A DNA stretch of 64,000 nt from Lama glama (GCA_028534125.1 CM052817.1:60824001-60888000), one strand, 5' to 3'. Positions 40,101-53,690 are shown, counted from the first letter of the stretch. A program made the numbers and translations. Notes: generated by a model from the sequence alone, not told the origin.

Positions 40101-43100
40101 CACTATCTTTTAAAAATATACTTGCTGTAGTGTTGAAAAAATTTTGAATGAAAAAAGTCTGCCATTTTCCTACCTTCCTGACACTTTTTTTTTCATTTTT
40201 CTGTGTCTATTTCTATCTATATGCACAAACACATATACTTAAGAGCATAATAATTATATGCTTATCTGGCTTCTGGTGTTTTGGCTCCTTATTCTGATTG
40301 TAAATTGTAGCCAATAAGTAACTCTGAAAAGGTATCTTATCTCTTTTAGAATCAGGTTCTGGGATAAAGAATCTCCCAAAGTTATTTAGATTGTTAGAAT
40401 AAAGGGCAGTTTAAGGGTTAAAACAATTCAATCATAACTCAATGAGAACATTCTGGGCCTTGCTACTTGCTATTTTGAGGGAGTTATAATTATACAGCAA
40501 GAGACAGATATGTATGCAAGAGACTGTAAAATATAAGAAAGAATATGATGGTGTTAGAATACAAAGTATTTCAGAAGCACGGTGCTTTGTAGTTGACCCA
40601 TGTAGGGCTTCTGGAAGATCTCAAAACAAAGTAATTCTAGATGCATGCTTGTATATGTGCACCTATACGTATTTCCAGGGGGAAAACTTCATGAACAAAA
40701 ATGATGTTTTCAATCATGTTTGGGCATGGAGAAGGAAGAGAGACATTCCAGCATTCTACCAATGGTTCTATATCAGTTAAAGAACTGCTTGAACAGACCT
40801 CTGTGGATAGGCATTCTGAACAAAATAGAACTGTTGAGCAATACTCCATTCTCAAGCAAAGTTCCAGTTATTTCACAGTGAGAAATCTTAAGTTGATGCA
40901 TTTTAAGAAAAGCCAAGGATACCGCCCCCACCCCAACATGGTATAGGTTGCTTTAATTTTATTCTAAGTTCCATGAGAGCAAGGACTTTCTCTCTTTTGT
41001 TTACTTATTCATTCAAAGCACTTAGAACAGTGCCTGGTACAGAGTAGGTATTTGATAAATATGTCCTAGTTAGATTATGAAATTCCACACAGAAATATTA
41101 GTTTCAATCCATGCCTCATAGTCAGTCAACAAAAACTAAGACAACTGGTCAGAATCATGGACTGAATTTATAAAAGTAGATCTACAGGGGTCAATGCAGC
41201 GCAGAGGATAAAACACAAAACTGGAAGTCAAGACACAGGTTCTACCTTTAATGACCAGCTGTAAAACCATGATCAAGTAGCTTCACCTCTCTAATATCTC
41301 CATCTGACTCATCCTGGCTGGTTCTCAAATTCTATGAATCTTTTCTCAGCCTCATGCATAACTCTTAAAAATTCATAGATGATTACCCAAGCTTTTTGTG
41401 CATAAAATTGACCTTGTGCTAGAGATAAATCATTGCTGATCGGGGAAGCTGAAAATTCTTTGAAAGCCTTTGGACAATAATATTTATACAAAGTTGAAGA
41501 AAAATGTGACAATTCTGTTCAGTTATGTTATGTTTTTTCTTTCCTAGAAGTTTTCAACTTCAATAATACATCGCAAACACTTAGATTAACATAAGCACCT
41601 AAAAAAGAAAAGAAAGTCTAAGGTTTATTTTCCTCCCTCTAGATCTAGCTTAATTCTATTTACATTGGGTTGGACCTACTTAACCCAATCTTTTAAATTG
41701 GATGAGATGAACAGAAGAATTGGGTGCAGATTTATATGGATTAAGCAAATGCAAGGTTATTTTTTCCTAGTGTTGGGTTAGAATCAAAGCAGACGACAAT
41801 GGTAGAATTTATTTTAATTCAAGGGATTTGTTTTCTTAAATGTGAAAGACTGCTGAATTCTCCAAAGCCTAGCCTTTCTGTAAGTAAAGCAATTTTTTTT
41901 CCTTGCCCATATGAGAGCTATTATGGTATGCTGGATTTTCATTCTCCGTTCACAGTAGGGCAATTTTCACTCACAAGGCAGTGTTATACATCTTCAGACA
42001 GTGAAAAATCATGGAGTATCAGTCAGATCCTTAGGGAGATTAAGGTCCTACTGTGAGAGTTTTACCACACATATACCAGACACAAGTAATAATAATGGTG
42101 ATGTCACTAGACCTACGAACAAATATTAGCTGGTACAAATATTACCCCTTGGCTCTAATCATCTGGGTAAAACGTACAAAAGCCAGGTTACTAACCCAGA
42201 TACGTTGTTCAGATGCCGTGGGCAGTTAGGTCCAGCAGACAGAAAAAAGCCCTCTTTTCCTGGGCACTCCTGCTCAGCCTGATTGGCTCCCTGATGTTTC
42301 CTATTTGCTCTCAGCAGCTCTTTCCCTGCCTCTGCAGATTTCTCTCCCTAGTCTCAGCTGCCGTCCCTGTTCCCCAAACTGCATGTTTGACTTCCTACTA
42401 CTACATATTATTCTTTGGTGAAGTCTGTTTTACCATAAAACATCAAAGACCAAATCTCTTAGAAGGATCTCTACCCTGCTTCAAATGAGTATAACATTGG
42501 ATTTTAATGACACAAGAGAACAAAGTCCAGTAGTTGGTTTGGAGAGTTAGTTCCCAGCAAAAATAACTGCAAGAAGACAAAAGAGTACAGAAAAGAACTT
42601 TCTGTTGCAGGCAGTTCATTGCCTAGCAGTCGCCCTCTATCTTATCCTAAATAATAGGCAGCCTCAACCAATTTTTGGCGCAGTACTAATGAGGATAGGG
42701 AACAATGACTTATATCAGTCAAGTCTTTAGAAGGTCCAAAAACCTCATATTAATCTCTTCCCCTGCCACAATTTTAGACCAAACATGCTAAAGGACTGTA
42801 TAATTTGCTAATTTCATTTCATTTCCTTTTATTTCCTGTGCTCATCCTCTGAATCGAATAATAGTGAAATGGCCAGGAAGTAAATGCAGAACAAGAAAGA
42901 GGGAAAAGGCCACAGGCACTTATCAGGCATTTTCGGTGCACCAGGCACTGTACTGAGAATTTAGCATAGATTGGAATTAGGCGTCTCCACACTTCACAGA
43001 CTGACCTCATTAAATGGACTCTGCTTGCAAGAGGCAAACTCTAAACACTCTTCTTTAGTATATTGTTTGCTCACATAAGATTCAGCCAAACTTGACCTTT

Positions 43101-43809
43101 CTTTGTTGCTCAAAATCAAAAGGTCAAAAGAGAGGAACATTTAACCACTTCATAATAATCTCCTAAGACACAGAGTTTCGCTTTAATGTTAAGTTACCTC
43201 AAACATCTCTACAGCTGCCGAGATAAATGATACCTTTGATAGGTTTATAGGCCTTGTCGAGTGCTTTGTGTTTACAGACCATAGCAAGAGCAAAGTAATT
43301 GTTTTTTTTTTTCCTCCCAGTGAACTGTCTGTCTGTGGGATTTACAGGGTGAACACAAGATGTAATGTTTGCATCCTGAGATTTGCCAGTAAAACAAACT
43401 TCAAGTCCTTTATTTTTCCCCATTTTTTTAAAGCTTAGATCATTGTGATTATAGTCCATTCTTCAATGGAGTCTTACTTTGTTTTCGATGACTGATGACA
43501 GTTAAACTTTGTTGAGTCAAACTTTATAATGTATATTTCAGAGGTCTTTCTCTAAATGGTTTACAAGTTGTAGTGGAATTTCTGAACCTAACAAAAATGA
43601 TTCATATAGCTCTTAAAATTAGCACAAAGGGACAGACAGTAACAAAAAAATGTTAGATAATACATGAATTGATGCAAAATTGAAGACTTTTTCGTAAACT
43701 TAAATTCTTTAAATTGAATGGTTGGAACTTGGTCACTGGGCTATCTGGCAGCAGTCGCCATGCAATCAAAATTTTTAAGTTTCAGGAAAATCTTGGTTAG
43801 CAATTGCCA

Positions 43810-44040
43810 AATATTCAGACAGAATAAAGGAGATAGTTTTTAGTCCTCAGTTCTGAAGTCAGGGTGCATAGATTCAAATCCCAACTCTACCACCAGTGAG
43901 CTGTTGATCTTACCAAGTCTTTTATGCCTCAGTTCCTTTCTCTGTAAGATGGGGATAATAATGGTATCTACTCTGTATGGTTACTTTGAGTATCGAATGA
44001 GATAATGTATGTAAAATACTTACCTAGCATAGTAAATCGA
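43810..44040 (+). mobile_element. MIR SINE
   Basis: 'ttcaaatcccaactctaccacc...gcctcagttcctttctctgtaagatggggataataat...aatgagataatgtatgtaaa'. Confidence 0.75.
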
Positions 44041-45919
44041 GTCATAGAGGACTCAGTAAAATCAAATCATAAGGACTCAATAAAATTTAAACACAAAGAC
44101 TCAACAAAATGATGGCCTCATTTGTTTCCCTGTAGTATTTTATACCTATTGCTGATAAAGCATTCATCCCATGGTATTACAGGTAATCCTTACCATGTGA
44201 AGAACTGCTGAATCGAGACCATGGTTTAAGAATACTTAGTGTTACCAAAAGCACCACATAGGAGTTAATAATTTTTGAGAAATAAGTGAATAAATGAATG
44301 ATTAAATATGTAAGTGGTGAATGAAGCCATTCCTTCAACTGATACTGAAAGCTGATATTGCAGATATTTAACAACTATTTTACAGGCACAGACTAATATG
44401 AATGAAGGCGTGGATCAAAAGGAAAAAAATGGAGCACAGACCAGGCAGAATAAGATAATAGGGTATGCACCAATTAGCACGAATGTTAGTTATAAACAAT
44501 CAGTTAGGGCCATGCTGATTAAATATTAGCCCTCGATGCAGCCCAGGTCATTTAATTCCATTCAATATATTTATTCTCAATGACTTTGATGAACATTAGT
44601 GTTCCCCAGAGGATATAAAGCTACCCTCAACATGTACAGGTTAGTAAGCTCAGTAGTTTGACTAGTCAGTCAGTGTAACGAGAGCAGATGTCTATTACCT
44701 GCCCTCTGTGTGTCAGGTGCTCTGTGAAATACCAAGGATTCCTAGTCCAGCAAGATAGAAACCTTTCTCTAGCAATCATCAACTATACAATCTTCTCAGT
44801 TTTTATTATACTAACTAAAATAAAAGACTATCAACCAGTTAAGGGCAGGCCACCCTATTCACCACGTCTGTGATGTGACTTGCCTCTTTGAAGGGAGAGT
44901 CCATAATAAAGAACTTACTACACCACTTCCAAGACTCTGTCAACAGATAAACATTCCCTCCACAAGAATTAGCCTCCTTACTAAAGGCAGTTTCAGGCAG
45001 TAAAATTTTACTGTTCAAATGTGAAAGATGAAGACATGGTGTATATTTAAAAGGATCAAACTGGGTCCTACAGAAGTTTGGCTGTCATCCACAGTCCTTT
45101 TGTCTCAAACTTCTATAATACTCCAAAAGGATAAATATCCCTGGCTTTAAACCCCCCATGCTATTTGCAAACAGCCATGTCTGCCAGGTAAAATGTTCAA
45201 GCAGATGCTGGCCTGCCGTCCTCCGGAGGTGGGGCAAAGACCATCTCTGCAGTGTGGGAAGGACTGCAGACAAAGAGCCAACCCCCGTTACAGAACGAAG
45301 ATGATTTGGTGGCCTATCACTTTTATATTGGTAGGTTTACAGGTGGTTACACATTATGCTTTTTAACTGAAATATATGTTGCACAAGTTCTTTTTTAGAT
45401 ATCAAATATTTTATAATAAAAATTATTTTTAGATAAAGATTATATACCTAACTTATGGAATATTAAGAAGACATTAAAATAACCCAAAGATATAGGTCAC
45501 TTTCTGTTCTATAGCCCATACTGAGTTGGCTGTTGATCCTATAATCAAAGCTTTGTAATTACCAGGAGAGAGACTGTGTGAGAAAGGATAGAAGAAACTG
45601 AAAGAGGAAAGTGTGGAGATAAGAGGTTGGTCTAGTTCTCCAGTTGGGGAGAGAGAAGTCATCACTTCAGGATGTTCTCGGGTCCCCCCATAAGAAGGTC
45701 TGAGAGCTAAAGCAGAGGGCATTTAGGCAGTGACAGGCTTAAAGACCTGCTGAATAAAATATCAAAATCTCTTCATAGATTTTAATGTATGGGCTAGAGA
45801 TCCAGGATGAGACAAGACTGAAAACCTATAGGTTCAGGTTAGGGTTTAGGAAAGAATACAGAAGACCTCTGGATTTCCACATGTTGCCAGAATCGCACCC
45901 TCTCTGTATTCCAACCATG

Positions 45920-46280
45920 TTCTCCTTCCTCTTTGATAGCATTTCTGCTGGCTGGGACACTCCTCCTCCTCTGCCCTTTCTTGCTAACACCTACTAATAC
46001 CACTTCCTCAGAGAGGCGTTTTCCAAAGCACCAGTCCAGGCTAGAGGTTTGTTTTGAATGCACTGTATAGCCCTCTGCACTTTGAATCCTGGTGCTCAAC
46101 CCATTTATAAATAAATGTTCATGTTTAGCATCCCTCTCTACAATTGTGTATGCAAGCTTCAGGATCACAGAGACTTGCTCTCTTACTCCCTCCTATAGAG
46201 CTTGGCTCATAGAAAGTACTCAAGAAATGTTTATTAAACATATGAATGTTGAATAAGTGAATAGATAAATGAATAAGTTG
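45920..46280 (+). mobile_element. L2 3' end
   Basis: Ends 'gcttggctcatagaaagtactcaagaaatgtttattaaa...tgaataagtgaatagataaatgaat'. Confidence 0.6.
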
Positions 46281-49035
46281 CCTCTGAAGCAGCTGTATAG
46301 CTCAGACATAGAACTATCATTCCGAGCTCAGAAAAGAGCTCAATATTTATCTTGCAGTAAAGATTGAAGAGTCACCAGCTTCCAAGTGGTGATGAAATTC
46401 ATAGGGGAGAATACATCTCCTAGGAAGAATAAAATTGCACAAGACTGAAGACAAACAAGGAACGTGGATCCTGTGGAAGTAATTCATAAACTTGCTCAGA
46501 AAGTATGGTGCCGCCTAGATAGTGGTTAAGAGCTCATATTGTTTCACTCAAGCAGACTAACTTTTGATCCCAGCACCAGTTCTTACTGCGTGAGCCAAGT
46601 AAGCGTCAGGAGCTCAGTGAGCTGGAGAGGGCTGAGCTGCGTGGTGTCAGAATAGCTGGCTGAAGCAACTAGCCAGAACTGACGGTAACCGTCCAGTAGC
46701 CAGGCCTCTAAAACCACATACTGTAATAGTATAAGCAGGAGGCTAGAGTGGAGAAAGTAGGACCCTCCTTCCCCTCCCTGCCCCCTCCCGACTCCCAGTC
46801 CCATTTTCCCGCAGGAAACAGCACATTGTTCAAGGATCAGAGAGCTCAGTGTAGATGCTGGGTCACCTTATTCCTGAGGGATCCCCAAATAGAAGGCTCT
46901 CACAGTTTTATGGATCTGGGGACTGGGGAGAACGCGAGGGGAAAGAGCTAGGAGTGGAAAAGCACTGAGTAGTGAGTCAGATTCGGGGAAAATTGCCTTC
47001 AGGGTTCTCCCCTCCTTCCCACAAAACAAGGTTTCCAGCAGTGATGCTGGAAGGAGGTCGCCACTGAAGGCCTGAATGAGGGCACTGGGCTAAGAATGCA
47101 GAGATGCATAAGGGCTTGGCCAGCCTGGAGGGCCTGAGCCCTTGACTGCAAGTCCCCTCAGAGGCTGCCCCATATCCACATATGCACTGGGTACGGTGTG
47201 GGGAGGGCAGCTTTCCTCTGTGAAACCTGCCAGGTTGAGCCTTTTTAATTGCCTTTGGTTAGTTCTGAAAAATCACCCATCAGTGTTGGCCAAGAGCCAG
47301 ACCTCTCAGTACGTTACTTGAACTCGAAGTCTCAGTTTCCTGACTTACACCCCCACGTCATGGGTTATTGCAAAAACTAAGCTATTGGTTTGACCTATAT
47401 GCATGCTCCATAGATGAGAATTCCACAGGAGCGAGTTGGGTGGGCGGGACACCACTGGAGCTAAGAAAGAAGAGGCCAGGAAGGTCACGAATGACAATGA
47501 TCTGTTGCAGTCAACAACTGAGACATTAGTGCCCTCAGCAGAGTCATTTCCGTGTAGTGAAGATGATGAAAATCAAAGTACCAAAAGTTATCAGCAAATG
47601 GGAGGTAAGGGAGATAAAACAGCAAGTACCAACCAGTCTGAGGAACTATCGGTGACAGCGAGCACCTGTGTGCAGCCGATGACAATCAGCAGGACCACAC
47701 AGCTGCCACCTGATTTGCAAGGAGTCTGTCTCCTGAGTGCCTGTAACCCACAATATGAGACTAGAATGGGTTTTAAGGCTGACCAGTGCATTGTTTTAGA
47801 GAAGAGGGAGAGTGTGGCAGGGCAGGAAGAGATGCCCCAGGACTGAGGGTGAAGCCCTCTGAGGGGAAGCCGGGGTGATGGCAGGAGCACAGGGTGCACG
47901 TAAGCGCTGAGCCTGCCGTTTGGAGCCTCCTTCCAGGATGCAGGCTTCCTTTCACAATCCTCCATTTATCCTTTATTCTGCCTAAATGACCATGCACTTT
48001 CCACCTCTGCCAGCCCTCTTTCTATTCATCTGCCAGCTTTTATCCCCCAAAGCCTGAGCCCTGATGGTGCTTATCCCTGTCAGCTCACTGTCTCTGTAAG
48101 TAAGCTTTGCCTCTGCTCAGCCGACTGAGAAACATCACAGGCTCCTGTGCACGTCGGAATCCAGTGGGGAATGACCTCTTCTCTCTCCTGCCCTAACTGG
48201 AAATACATTCTACATAATTTATTACATACTGGTACTTTTTGAGCCTAGAGACAAACTGTGCTTCATCTCTAAACACTGACCCATCAAGAAAAATCAGCTG
48301 TTATGCTAAAGAGGCAAAATTCCTATTATGGTACTAAGACCAAAGAAGAATGCATAACACGCATAGCATAGACTTTCCGCGGAGGACGTGAATCCATAAC
48401 CTAGTGAGGCCCATGTAATGGGATTTATTATACTTTTTATGTGAGAATAATATTCCCAGGGCTTTCAGGTACATTCAGTACAAAGGCTTTCCTTTGTATT
48501 AAAATACCAAGAGACACATGAGGCTCAGTAACCCTTAAAGCTGCAGCTTAGATCATCCAGATTTTTGCATGAGAAAGGCTGCAGAAGAAAACAGCACAGC
48601 TGCTGTGAACTATTACATGAAATAATTTAATCACGTTCCACTCAGTAGGTTTACGCCTGCTGCCGTATCCTGGTTCTTGAGTAGACGATCATTTTCTGCT
48701 TTTGCTGTTTATAGGAGTACAGTTTATTTCAAAAGCAAGATTTTTCTTGGCACTCAACTCACCCATGACTTTATCGCTGAATATTTTTTAATGTTATAAC
48801 TCAACTCTTTGTGTGGCTAAAATGGCCAAGGCTCTTTTATGTTGTTGTTCTAATTTCTCCCCCCATCAAGCATTCTGACTGCCGCTGTCAAAATCTGATA
48901 ATAAATGAAGATTTCTCCCACAGTGACCCTCTTATAACCATGGCAACTCCATCAGCAGCTAATGGCCACATCGCAAAAATGCTTTTGAAAAGGACAGCCT
49001 CTCACACTGCTGTAGTACAGATGTCCCTTTCTTAC

Positions 49036-49110
49036 CTTTTCTCCATAATGATGCTAATAAAACAACACATTCCAAGTAAATATTTGCTTTCTCATGGACA
49101 TGTGGGGCCA
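49036..49110 (-). other. candidate exon (75 nt)
   Basis: Long polypyrimidine tract (tttctcttctactttcttgattttttttttt-aaag|) and strong donor AAG|GTAAGA. One frame is fully open (phase 1-1), and there is a strong-Kozak attATGG near the 3' end in another frame. Confidence 0.4.
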
Positions 49111-52039
49111 CTTTAAAAAAAAAAATCAAGAAAGTAGAAGAGAAACATCAAATAAAAGACAAAGATCTGTTTGAAAGTATGGCACTGAAGTGGTGAAAGA
49201 CGCTGACAGCTTAGCAGCATTGACAACATATTTTTACTGTTTTACAAACGAAACCAGTGTGGTTATTGCTTCCTAAGAATCTGAGAATTTTTATTGCTGT
49301 TAACTCCACCCCACCATCAGCCAGGGAGGTTTTCTAGAATGCTTACGTTAGGTTTCATAGGATTTGTCTCTCTGAATAATTGGTCGTGTTGGGGTAACAC
49401 AGTTATGTGCATCCATGGACAGATACTGCTCTATCCTGTTTCCAGAAGATGGATACTCAGACTCTTCATTTGCCTTGAAAGGACCCCGGAGCACAATTGG
49501 CTTGTGGGTCCTTCAGCTCACCTTGCATGTGTTCCCACAGTACCAAACCAGCAGGAGTTCCTGCCCAAGCCCTGTTATCAGACACTCAAAGATGCTCTGG
49601 TTTTCTTGTAGATAAGGTAGTCCCCAAACACTTTCTATTGTAGAAATTTTCCCAGGGTGCCTGCCTGTAGAGGAGGCCACCTATGAAAATGAAGGAAGAC
49701 GTCTTCCACTTTAATTTCCTGTTATGGACATAACAGACATTCAGATAGATCTCTCCCCCCCCAACCCCCACCTATCTATTATTTATAAACATATATCCAT
49801 GGAAAGGGACTTCCCCAAATCCCAAAGAACTCAGAGCTTGAATTTTTTTTTTCTTTTCCAATTTTCCTTCAACTATCGATTGCGATCAGTGTCACCACAG
49901 ATGAGAACTCAGCATTGGGTTTCCAAAGATGGCAGGATTGGTGAGCGCCATCTACAGTGATATATCGGGTACATTCATCAGTGTAAATAATCACCTCCCT
50001 CTGCGGTTTTCAGAATTAGATGGCCAGAGTTAAGGCCGATATAAGAGAAGACCACAGAGCAAGCAGCAAAGCTTTCAGTAACCATTACTACCATTTGAAT
50101 TTTACCCTATCCAAATCACTTTTTTTCCTCTCTTCCCAAAGCTATTCTTTCTCTATAAAAGTCCTTTAATCATGTGACTAGACTTAAGAGTTAAGACCTC
50201 CTTAGATTTGCATCAGAGCTCTTCTTCTTTCTGCTGGGAAACTGTGGGCAAGTTACTCAAACTAATCTCAAGACATTAATTTGTAAAACCAGTCTGACAA
50301 CATTCTCCCTCAGAGGATAGCTGGGAACACATCCGAGAGCACCCAGCTCTGTAACCGGAAGAAACTAAAGTCTTCATGAATCGTTTTTCCCCGTCTTTCC
50401 CGTTACTCCCGACTCTCTCTCTCGTTCCTTAGAACTAGTCATAAGTTTAGGCTCATATTTCTGATTTGCTCCTCTATCTTATAAGCCATTTTGGTTAAGT
50501 GTGTAAAATTCTTTGCTTCCTACTAAAGTAAGACAAATTGAACTATAAGCACAACAAGATTGTCAGTGGTGAGTTGTTGGTTTTCCTTAATCTAATAAAA
50601 TGTTTTAAAATTTGGTAATACACATAAGAACCCTACCATAAAAATCCCACAGCCTTTCCCACATAAAGTTAAGGTTGAAATCAGAGAACATTACTTCCTT
50701 TTTGAACTGGTTCCCCAAGTTTCTGCAGAGGATTGAACTTGAAGAATCCCGTCGCTGACAGCCCAGGCAACAGACTGTGTGGTCCGATCTTATTTATCTT
50801 GGTGGTGGGAGTGTATCAGGCCAGTAAGAAAACACAAATTCTAACAATAAAGATGTCAGGATGTTCTACAAGAAAAGTTTCGTTTAAATCTTTTTTTAAG
50901 GCAAACTTCAGAGAAAGTTCGACAGAAAACATTGCGAACCATTCTTTTTTGCCCTGACAAAGAAACTTTCATCCTTTGGAGGGTAGCAGAATAAATTTAA
51001 AGCTTTTAATAAAAATATTTTGTGTGGCTACAAAAGCAACACCAAACATAAATAAATAAATCTCTGCCACCAATTCATTTTGAAGCATAGTCAGCCGAGT
51101 ACGATGAGGCTGCAATCTGCAGGGATGCGTATAACTTTTGGAAATACCAGTAAAGTCAGAGCTCCTGAAATACTCCTGCCTGTCATCTTGAGACTGAGAC
51201 TCATCACCAAGTTGCAAGCCAGCGTTCTCAAATCAGAATCCAGGGCTGCTGGCTCAGGGAGAGGCAAACCCTGAATGACGAGTTTGGAAGGAAAAATAAG
51301 AGCAAAGGAAAAAAAATGTTCTTTCACTAAGCAAACCTATCTAGGACTCCATAGTATACAGAAAAACTGATATTGCTTCTTTGTGAAATATACTTTTCCC
51401 TGCATTAATCAATGTAACTCAATTTTTCTATTAAAAACAATGGAATGATTCCCAGCTCAAATTAGGATTTAAAATATAAAAGGCATTAAATGATAGGTTC
51501 TCATAGAAAACCTTAGCACACTCTTTTCAGAGCAGAGTTGGCATTGCCTAGAAAATAATGTTTTCTTCTATACTAACTCATTTGGTAAAAACAAGGTCAG
51601 AATGGGCCAACCCACTTGACCCACTGACTTAGGTGGGTCAGTATTAAGAAACAGTAACATTTCCCTTTTCTTTCCTTTCTGTTGTCATTCATGCTGACAT
51701 CCAGTGATGTGTGCCCACATTCTGTGTACCTTGCATGGAGAGTACTAACTCCACAGAGAATGGGGGGAAGAAAGAGTAGGGAAAAATCATTTTGTAATTC
51801 AGTATAATCTGAGTGCTGAGATCATATTCCTCTTCTAAAAAAAAAAGATGAAAAACATTGATTGTCTAGGGAAAAATTATTAAACACTTAGTTATATAGT
51901 AGTTACAAAATTACCTTTTAAGAGGTTCCTGAGTTCCAGTTTTGGCCAAAATTACATGACAGTGATTAGCACATAGTTAATACTCAATAAATAATGAATG
52001 AATCAGTGAACATGACCCAATAGAAACGTTGCTTATTCT

Positions 52040-52280
52040 CCAAGACCTAATACAGCACACACTCTGGTGCTCAGCGCTGCCCTAAGCATCCTATAAATGT
52101 TAACTCATATATTCCTTGTAACAACACCAGGGGGTGCATTCTGTTACCTTCAGCTTACAAGTGAGGAAGTCAGAGCAAAGAGAAGTTGTTTGTCCAAAGT
52201 CACATAGTTGACAGTACTGGGGCCAGACTTTTGAACTCTGGCTCCTGAGTCAATGCCTTAATCCTCATTAACCATGCTGT
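52040..52280 (-). mobile_element. MIR SINE
   Basis: 'ttacaagtgaggaagtcagagcaaagagaagttgtttgtccaaagtcacatag...tttgaactctgg'. Confidence 0.7.
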
Positions 52281-52669
52281 GTGATGTTTTGTAGGAGTTA
52301 GTCTTGCTCTGATTGCAATCTGACTCACTTTTTTAGGCTCCTGAAAGTTGTCTTGGTAATCATCCAAAATCCGAAATAGTCTAATGGGGCTTCTAAAACA
52401 GCAGTGGACTTCTATCTCCCTCTTCACCAGATCCTCTCTAACAATGGAAAGGGTATTGGAATTTTTTTTAGTACTTTAAGATATTTATACCAAGTCTAAG
52501 AGAAATAAAAGCCTGAAGGGAAGGCATAGCTCTAATTTTTAGATTGTGTTATGGTAAACCTGTAGGTTGGGTCCTTATTATTACCCAGATTTGCTCAAAA
52601 AATATATTAACGAGCCCAAAATGACACTGGATGAATTTGATTTAAGAAACTTAAAAGGGCCATCAGATC

Positions 52670-52890
52670 ATCATCACTGAGTTGATGGATTGAGCTTTGG
52701 AGTCAGACAGATTTGGGTTTGTATCCTTGCCCTGCTTTTTCCATCTTGTGTGGCTTTAGGCACGTTCTTAATCTCTCAGCACCTAATGATCCTTAGCCAT
52801 AAAATGGAGATAATAATGTAATTTCTTAGGGTCATTTGGAGAATTTTATACATGGGGTCATAGTAAAGGCTCAAAACGTATTATTTCCTC
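52670..52890 (+). mobile_element. MIR SINE
   Basis: 'gagctttggagtcagacagatttgggttt...cttaatctctc...ataaaatggagataataat'. Confidence 0.7.
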
Positions 52891-53544
52891 TCCCTTTATA
52901 GTGGTGCTGTTATGACTATAATTAGTTTCCAAGTAAAATGAGGGCTTCATGACAAGTTATCTCTGCAAACTTCTACAAAGAATTTTTTTCAGATACCAAA
53001 GATTTTTCAAGAAGTCACTTTCAATGACCTTCAATATAGATATACATGCTCTCTCTAGATTAGACAGATAGAGGAGACAGAATGGATTGCCATGATTCTA
53101 CTGCATTCTGAATCTTAAATTTTCACCACTAGATTGAATTAGACAAAAATACAAATAGCATTATCACCAGGTCACATTTAAAACGTTTGAATTTCCATTA
53201 GCATGTCAAACAATTAAACATTTGAGTTTATTTAGTTTAGGTAATAGTAAATTTCAGTCTGCAAAGACACTTTTATTAATGTTTCCCCTCATTGACCCTT
53301 GTTTTGAAGGATTTCGCCTCTCACGAAAACTGAATTTTTCCAGTAATAATTTAGATTTTCATTTTCATTTATTGAAATCATATATACATATATAGTCAAG
53401 TTTCTTATCAGCATGAAATCAGTAATGTTGCCACACTTAGTTGATACAATTCCAACAAAAAGCAAAGAAACTTGACATATTTGCCCTTCTTTATGGTCTT
53501 CTTGCAGGTTATTGCTGTAGACTGTTTTAATTTTAACAGTATTC

Positions 53545-53690
53545 AGTTTATAACCCTAATGAAAGATTACATGTTCCAGTCCTGTTAAACTCAGGTGTGG
53601 CCATGTGACTTGCTTTGGCCAAAAATATGAACAGATGGGAGTGCATCCCTTCCAGGTGGAGGCTTTAAGAGATGAGCCTTGGGCTGAAAC
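53545..53690. mobile_element. MLT1 (MaLR) LTR fragment
   Basis: 'aggtgtggccatgtgacttgctttggccaa...ttccaggtggaggctttaagag' is typical of old MLT1 LTRs. Confidence 0.55.

Noticed and set aside
41309..41512. Minus-strand ORF ending KAWVIIYEFLRVMHEAEKRFIEFENQPG
   Set aside because: Non-ATG start, an in-frame stop just upstream, no matching splice frame and no recognised family.
47655..47665. GTGCTCGCT on the minus strand resembling the U6 snRNA 5' end
   Set aside because: Only 9 nt match; the similarity does not extend.
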